Made by a program: the position numbers and the translations under genes. A model generated the notes under the pieces. It made no database searches, was not told the origin of the DNA, and worked only from the letters and a program-made list of their open reading frames with translations. DNA of 42,174 nt, taken from positions 117,030,035-117,072,208 of the forward strand of contig NC_068981.1 of assembly GCF_001194135.2 (NCBI RefSeq), in the 5' to 3' direction. Of the stretch, positions 35,321 through 42,174 are shown one piece after another. The number at the start of each line of letters is the position of its first letter. Positions within the stretch are counted from its first letter, which is position 1. This DNA is from Octopus bimaculoides (Eukaryota).

Positions 35321-36327
35321 GTATGGATAGTTAAGTTCATCAGCCAACAAACGTATCACAATCAGAAAACACAAAACCGAGGATGCTTACCATCCTAGAG
35401 TCAGAGTCAGATGATGACTAGGTATTCAGTGGACGTAATTATTCATCGCTCCAAGTTCAGATTTCTAAGATGGCAACAACGAGTAGATAACTGTCTGACT
35501 GGATTCCGAAATCATTCAGTGCAAGAGAACCAGCATTTGTGTTGGTCATCTGAAGGGCATCTGTTTTTATCTGCCGCAGTTGTTTCGAATGATGATTGTC
35601 AAATAGTGTTGATAGATTGATAGGCAACTCAACGATCTTACACGAATAAGATTGCCGCAAAGCAACAAAATAGCCACTAGGAGAATGTCATGGAACAGAA
35701 ACTCTACGCCCTGGAGCAAAGACATGAAATGTATGCTGTGATATATGTCTATGTTTGTGTGCATATGTATGTATATTAAGCCGTGTGATAAGTGTGTGTC
35801 TGCTTTACAGTATGTTCTAGAGTGTCCTAACGGAAACGTTCACTGTTCAAATTGTACTGGGATAGTTTTGTATATATCCTTTCTTAGATCGATAAATAAA
35901 ATTCCAGTCAAGATCTTTTGCTGATAATTCATCCTGTATCTTTCTGAAGCTTTTTATCTGGAAACGAAGACTTACTGAGACTGTACATACCAACCTCCTC
36001 TCAGAGGAAGCTTATGTGCTATTCAAAGCTTTTAAAACTGAATTTAATTTGCAGCAATGTGCAAAATGAAAGGCTTTCATTCCAGTAAAGTTGAACATGT
36101 CAAAGGGTTCGTGGTTTATGGTGATTTTATTGTGCATATTATCATATATATATTGATACTGTTTGATTGTCTTCATTGGTAATCTTAATATGCTTGGATA
36201 TACTCAATCAAGGGTTTCTAGTTTTGTGAGGTTCTGTGACATATATATGTATACACACATACATACATACATGTATGTATGTATGTATGTATGTATGTAT
36301 GTCACAGCAGTTCGGAATAAACTGCGC

Positions 36328-36368
<41 letters not shown>

Positions 36369-37304
36369 CGTATATGCATGCATAGATGGGTCAGTAGTGT
36401 TATACTGGTATCCGCAGATAGCCATCGTTAGAAAGATATGTTAATATATCTGAAAGCTCTCAACCTTCTTGGAAACTTAAGTAAACATATGCATTCGGAA
36501 GCATAGTTAAAATACTTTCAACAGGAATAACAACGATAGTATATAGCAAGATAGCAATATCAGGCGAGAGAAAAGGGAGAGAAAGCAAGCCAACAAATAA
36601 AGAAAAAAATTATTAATACTGCAAGAAGTGCAAAAACATGTAATATAACCACAAGAGCAAAATGGAAAATTACACAAATAAATTCAATAAAATATAACCA
36701 AAGCAGTATTTAGAATAAGAAAATCGACAACTGACAACTGTAATGAAAGCAAAGATTAGAGTTGAAGGACAAGAAAATATATATAAAATGTAAAAAAATA
36801 AAACATTAAACGGTGAAATAAAAAGAGATATAGGAAAAAAATTTGACGTGCTGTAACGATTCTTTTGCCGGAGGCTGACGATGAGAGCCGAACTTTAATC
36901 GACTGCTGGCGAAGAAACTTCCTATGAAATTAAAAGAGTTGCTTCCACTTTTATCTTGTGTCTATGCCCCACCCTCATAACCTTCAGTACCACCAATACC
37001 ACCACTGCTACAACTGCTTTCAATTTCCCCTCTTCTCCACTCCCTCCATCCCTCTCTGTTAATTTCTTTATGTTCTTGCTCGCACCTGCTCCTTACTCAC
37101 CTCGGAACAGTCAGCCGTTCAACAATGAACAGGCCAGCTGATCGTTCAGAAGGAAGCAGAGCAATGGATACAGATAATTTTTATTTATTTACCGTTTTAT
37201 ATATTCATTGCTAAATACCATATTTCTGACATGATATGCTATTACTTTATTTATATATTTACTATTGTTATTATTAATAATAATAATGATAAAAATAATA
37301 TTAT

Positions 37305-37470
37305 TCGAGGTGGATTGTCAGAAGAATCGACAGAACACTTGGCAAAATGCCTTGCAGTAGATACTTAGTTCAGATTCTTTATATATGCGTTCGAATCCAT
37401 CAACATCCGAACTTCCGTTTCATATTTCTAAATCATTAAAAATAACTACAACACAAGTACTGATATTGAT
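37305..37470 (+). mobile_element. Very old SINE copy
   Basis: ggcaaaatgccttgcag...gcgttcgaatcc (B-box-like) in SINE order. Confidence 0.45.
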
Positions 37471-37569
37471 TTTATTTCTAACTGACCTCTACATCAAAAT
37501 ATGCACGTCTTTGTATTTAGCAATTGCCATCATTAGCAACTATCATCATTATTAATATGACGTCAAAAG

Positions 37570-37720
37570 CGGTTAGCTGTACAGGAACGTTAGCACGCCG
37601 TACAAAATGCTCAGCGACATTCTGTCCATTCTTACCTTGAGAGTTCAAATTCCACCAAGGTTAACTTTGCCTCTTAGCCTTTCAGGATTAATAAAATAAG
37701 TAGCAATTGAGCATCGGAAA
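37570..37720 (+). mobile_element. OR-type SINE
   Basis: gaacgttagcacgccgtacaaaatgctcagcgacatt...gagttcaaattccaccaaggttaactttgcc...aataaaataagtagcaattgagca. Confidence 0.85.
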
Positions 37721-38218
37721 ATCCTGGGAGGACGTGTATCAAACTTAGGCATTGAATTTTACACACACAAAAAAAAAGGTTAAAATATCATGTTTAGAGT
37801 TTGGAACATTTTGAAAATGTTTAGAGTTTGGAACATCTTGAATGAAGCTGCATGGATATTGATAAAATCTTAATGCGACTGAGCCAACAACAAGCAAATC
37901 GAACCACATCCTAGGATATCTATGCAGCAGAAACATGTGTTGAACAGAGGTTTAAAGGGAATGTACTGTATAAAAGACTGTAATACAAAAATGTACAGAT
38001 GCATAATTCTCCATTTTTATCTTAATCTCTTTAATATACAGTCTGTAAACTTTTGTAATCCAGCGAAGTGAACTCAGGATTTGCCATTCGGATGAAATAT
38101 CACGTGATTTTTTACCTTGAATAATCTCCCGTTATTCCTTTTCATTCGAAGTGGTTTGCCGAAACCCGGATTATACTAGAGTCCTTAAACCTGCTCGGAT
38201 TTAATTTTCATTATATAT

Positions 38219-38274
<56 letters not shown>

Positions 38275-38967
38275 GTGTGTGTGTGTGCGTGCGCGCTCTT
38301 GTGAATGTAAAGTTGCTTGAGAGCGCTGTTGGTAGCATGTAACAGTTAAACCCATTGCGTGGTCAGGTCGTTTGCGATTAAATTGATAACTCCGTTAAAC
38401 TTGCTTAGCGAGGTAGATGGAGACCTGATTTGACTCATTGTGGAATGAAAAGCAAAGCTCTGACAAAGAGCAAATAACTCAGAAATTGGATGATAACATG
38501 TACATAGACACATTAGGTATATGTTTATATGTTTAGTAGCATGATTCCATCACATTCGAATGAAGTATTCAAGAAATGAGTCATTTCATCGGCGCAACTT
38601 TGAAGTTTGCGCTATCAGGCCAGTCGTAGGAACTGATGCATGTGGCATCATAACATAATGCTGGGCTAGAAGCTATGATGCTGAGCAAGCATCTGGTATG
38701 ATGTTTCAAGGCTTGGACACACACCAAGTTAAATAGTACTACGTAACCTGGAAATCCTTTCAGCTACTTTGGTAATCTCCTACATTCTCATACACGCTCA
38801 GTTGTCTTGACTCAATGTTGCGACTTAGCGTATTGTGTGAGAATGAGAAAGTAAGTCTGTTGTGTGCGTAACTATTTTTCAATTTAAAAATCCTGTCTCC
38901 ACTCATCAAACATGCACTTCTGGATTCTACCTTCTTTCATTCTGGATTTACTCATTCTGGACTGTTT

Positions 38968-39391
38968 NNNNNNNNNNNNNNNNNNNNNNNNNNNNNNNNN
39001 NNNNNNNNNNNNNNNNNNNNNNNNNNNNNNNNNNNNNNNNNNNNNNNNNNNNNNNNNNNNNNNNNNNNNNNNNNNNNNNNNNNNNNNNNNNNNNNNNNNN
39101 NNNNNNNNNNNNNNNNNNNNNNNNNNNNNNNNNNNNNNNNNNNNNNNNNNNNNNNNNNNNNNNNNNNNNNNNNNNNNNNNNNNNNNNNNNNNNNNNNNNN
39201 NNNNNNNNNNNNNNNNNNNNNNNNNNNNNNNNNNNNNNNNNNNNNNNNNNNNNNNNNNNNNNNNNNNNNNNNNNNNNNNNNNNNNNNNNNNNNNNNNNNN
39301 NNNNNNNNNNNNNNNNNNNNNNNNNNNNNNNNNNNNNNNNNNNNNNNNNNNNNNNNNNNNNNNNNNNNNNNNNNNNNNNNNNNNNNNNNNN
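38968..39391. other. Assembly gap
   Basis: N run. Confidence 1.
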
Positions 39392-39854
39392 ATGGATGGA
39401 TGGATGGATGAAAGTATATTTCTTTCTGTTAAACTGAAAAGTAGAATGTATAGGAGAGTCAATATTTGAGGCGATCTTATTTAAGTACATATTCAGTGAA
39501 AAACTTTTTGTTTCTTGTTAAAAGTTACCAAAATCCAGTTATGCCTGCAGACTTCTATAATCGACACAACTAAGCCGTATGGACAAGCAACTTGAATGTA
39601 TTTGGGCATCTTGTGCAACTTAGAGTCATTTGATCTCGATTAGGTTGTGTCAAACGTCATAGGTATTTGGGAAAACTCGCCCATTGCTTCTGGGGCAATC
39701 ATAACGTCTCCTTTGTATTGTAACTTTTCTTCTTATCGGTAATGAGATATGGGCCTGCTATCAGAGACAAATGCACAGTACTGTTTCCTTTAGAATAACA
39801 AATTACTTATTAAATATTGGATATGACACTGTTAAAATTTAGTATTCTTTTCAG

Positions 39855-40072
39855 GTGTCATAAGCATTTCTGAGCTAGCCACACAACCAAGTACCAGAAA
39901 TACGTTTAATTCTCGCCATGAAAACATCTGTCAGATAGAAGGCATAACCTCCATTTGTTTCGAGAAACTTGAAGAGCAACATCATATAGTACAACATAAA
40001 CGTCATTCTCCAGGAGACTGCGATATTCTTAGAGATTCGCTGAAGGTCAACACATTTCTAGAAACCAGCTAA
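39855..40072 (+). other. Candidate terminal coding exon, product unidentified
   Basis: Acceptor tttagtattcttttcag| followed by 71 open codons (G)VISISELATQPSTRNTFNSRHENICQ...NTFLETS*. No homology recognised. Confidence 0.2.
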
Positions 40073-40101
40073 GTGAACTGCATTACATGTGCAATGGAAT
40101 A

Positions 40102-40199
40102 GAGTTGATATTGAAATATATCTTAGCCTTGAGTTGATATTGAGATATATCTTAATCAGAGTTGATATTGAGATATATTGAGATATATCCTAACCTTAG
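40102..40199. repeat. ~29-bp tandem repeat, 3 units (GAGTTGATATTGARATATATCTTA...)
   Basis: Direct reading. Confidence 0.9.
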
Positions 40200-40609
40200 T
40201 CATTTGTGTGTTGATAAAATAAATTCGGATGGATATAATGGTTTGTCCGTCCAAATGGTTTGTTCCGTCTATGCCGTACAGAAGGCAGTAGATTACATAA
40301 TGGGCAAAATATCTCGGAAAATGCCTTCTACCAACAAGTAATATCCAAATCATCTTCTGAATTCAAACTTCACCAAGATCAATGATGCCTTGCATCGATT
40401 TAATCAATCATCTCTATTGCACAAAATATGGAATATTGTGTATATGTCACAAATTTCGATTTATATTAAGTATTTTATAAGAAACGAGAGGCGTGAATAT
40501 TGTTGCAATTAATTGAGAGTGGTAGGCATAATAGGTGGATCACTAGAAGGCTTATCTTGAGGATTTTACAACAAAAACATTCCATTTATAAACTGCTTTA
40601 ACGCGTCAT

Positions 40610-41140
40610 AAGTTGCTGGTAAATTAACCATGAAGGTGAACTGTAATGCTAAACATGATGGTGAGACCGTACATTTAATCAAGATGATCAGACCGTACTG
40701 ATAACCGAGGTGGTCAGACCGCACCATTTGTTTTGGTTGTGATTGCACTGCTAACCCTGTTAACGAAACTATACGGGTGAAATCGTCCTGGTTGCTGTAA
40801 CGATGTAACTGTACTGTTAACCATGTTAATCATACTGTAGTGGCATATATAGTAGTGAAATAACAATAGTAACTCGGGTGATGAGACTGTACTTGTTACC
40901 GTGTTGATTAAACTGTATTGGTAACCGTAGTAGTGAGAGTGTACTAGTAACCATGGTGGTCAGAAACTATGTTGGTTACCACCTTGGTGACACCATGCTG
41001 ATAACTATAGTAGTAAGAGCATAGTGACTGTCTTGCAGGAGGAGCATTCTGGTAACAGTAGTAGTAAGACCGGACTAATAACTGCAGTGATGAGTATATG
41101 CTGGTTATTCCTGGTAAACGTGGTTGTACGTGTAGCTAAC
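40610..41140. repeat. Degenerate 26-bp minisatellite (consensus ~GTGGTSAGACYGTACTGGTAACCATG)
   Basis: Consecutive units such as ggtgatgagactgtacttgttaccgt / gttgattaaactgtattggtaaccgt / agtagtgagagtgtactagtaaccat are each 26 nt. Confidence 0.75.
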
Positions 41141-41149
41141 TAACTATGT

Positions 41150-41311
<162 letters not shown>

Positions 41312-42137
41312 CTGTAGCACAAAGAGGAAGTAGTGGGAGTAAAGCTATGTGTGTGTACTCGAAACAGGCAGATAACCTGATTATCACTTGAACTGTCTCT
41401 TCAGACACGGCTGGTTATTGGCGTGTCTACGACTTCTTCCGTTCTTCTAACCTCGCACACGTGCTTTTTTTTTTTATTGTAAAGTGAGTAGAGGTCTTAT
41501 TCTTCTATCATTTGGCCACGAAACTGGTTGTTCTGGGTTACATCATAACAGCAGCAATAAGAACCTATCCTGACCTGAACTACTAATATTGGTTACTGGT
41601 TTGAAACTTTTATTTCAGACTTTGTTAATCTATATAGTTATCATTAAAAAAATTTCTTTGAAATTTTATTGTTAATCCGACCGCGTTCATTGAAAAAATA
41701 TTAAAATAGGGAAATTAAAAACCTTTGAATGGTTAGATAATGCATTTAAAACACATGAGGTAGCAGATGTGTGATAAAAGTCAATAGTGTTTGTTTCTGT
41801 TTTCGAAAGTGGTTCATATACGTCAAAACATTATTGATTTGTTATTGTTTAAATCTAAAATACAATGAAACGCTATTTAAACTTACGGATAATAAACATT
41901 ATAAAACAACTAATTAAAAAACGGCCTTCTGTTACAATATTGTTTAAACTACTTTCCTCATTTTTTTTCTTTTTTAATCACTCTCCCTCACCGCTTGTTC
42001 TTTTTATATCTGTCTCCCATATATGCACTTTCATAACCTACACTCTCTATCTAACATACACGCTTTCTCTTTCTCTCTTTCTCTCTTTCTCTCTGTGTCA
42101 AGCACACACTCACACACACACACGCACACACACACAT

Positions 42138-42169
<32 letters not shown>

Positions 42170-42174
42170 TATAT

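Noticed and set aside
36850-36960. TGTAACG-starting segment resembling an LTR 5' end
   Set aside because: No matching second LTR, terminal CA with TSD, or internal domain visible.
38764-38850. 87-nt open exon candidate (YFGNLLHSHTRSVVLTQCCDLAYCVRMR) with a GTAAGT donor
   Set aside because: Short acceptor tract and no recognisable similarity, so indistinguishable from chance.
40610-41140. Possible CRISPR-like array or coding tandem repeat
   Set aside because: Eukaryotic context, no unique spacers, degenerate units and a 26-nt period.

Overview
This is AT-rich eukaryotic DNA dense in microsatellites, with four N gaps. The tRNA-derived SINE families point to an octopus (coleoid cephalopod) genome; that is inferred from repeat recognition. 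No intact protein-coding gene can be supported, and most ORF-track entries are translated microsatellites. The window is mostly mobile-element relics: an R4/Dong-type LINE 3' end at a (TAA)n tract, a hAT MITE with TSD, two decayed Penelope-like elements (PLEs), a 5'-truncated RTE LINE, a near full-length maT/DD37D mariner, a fold-back element made of two rosa/DD41D transposase 3' ends, and more than 15 SINE copies, including a four-copy pile-up at AATATT sites. The most notable structure is a ~2.3 kb nested palindrome (27054-29334). It carries four minimal type I hammerhead ribozyme motifs, two families with one of each per strand. Two more hammerhead motifs (8611-8682, 32156-32190) lie in other PLE-type sequence. 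A few candidate exons and promoter-like islands are reported at low confidence.
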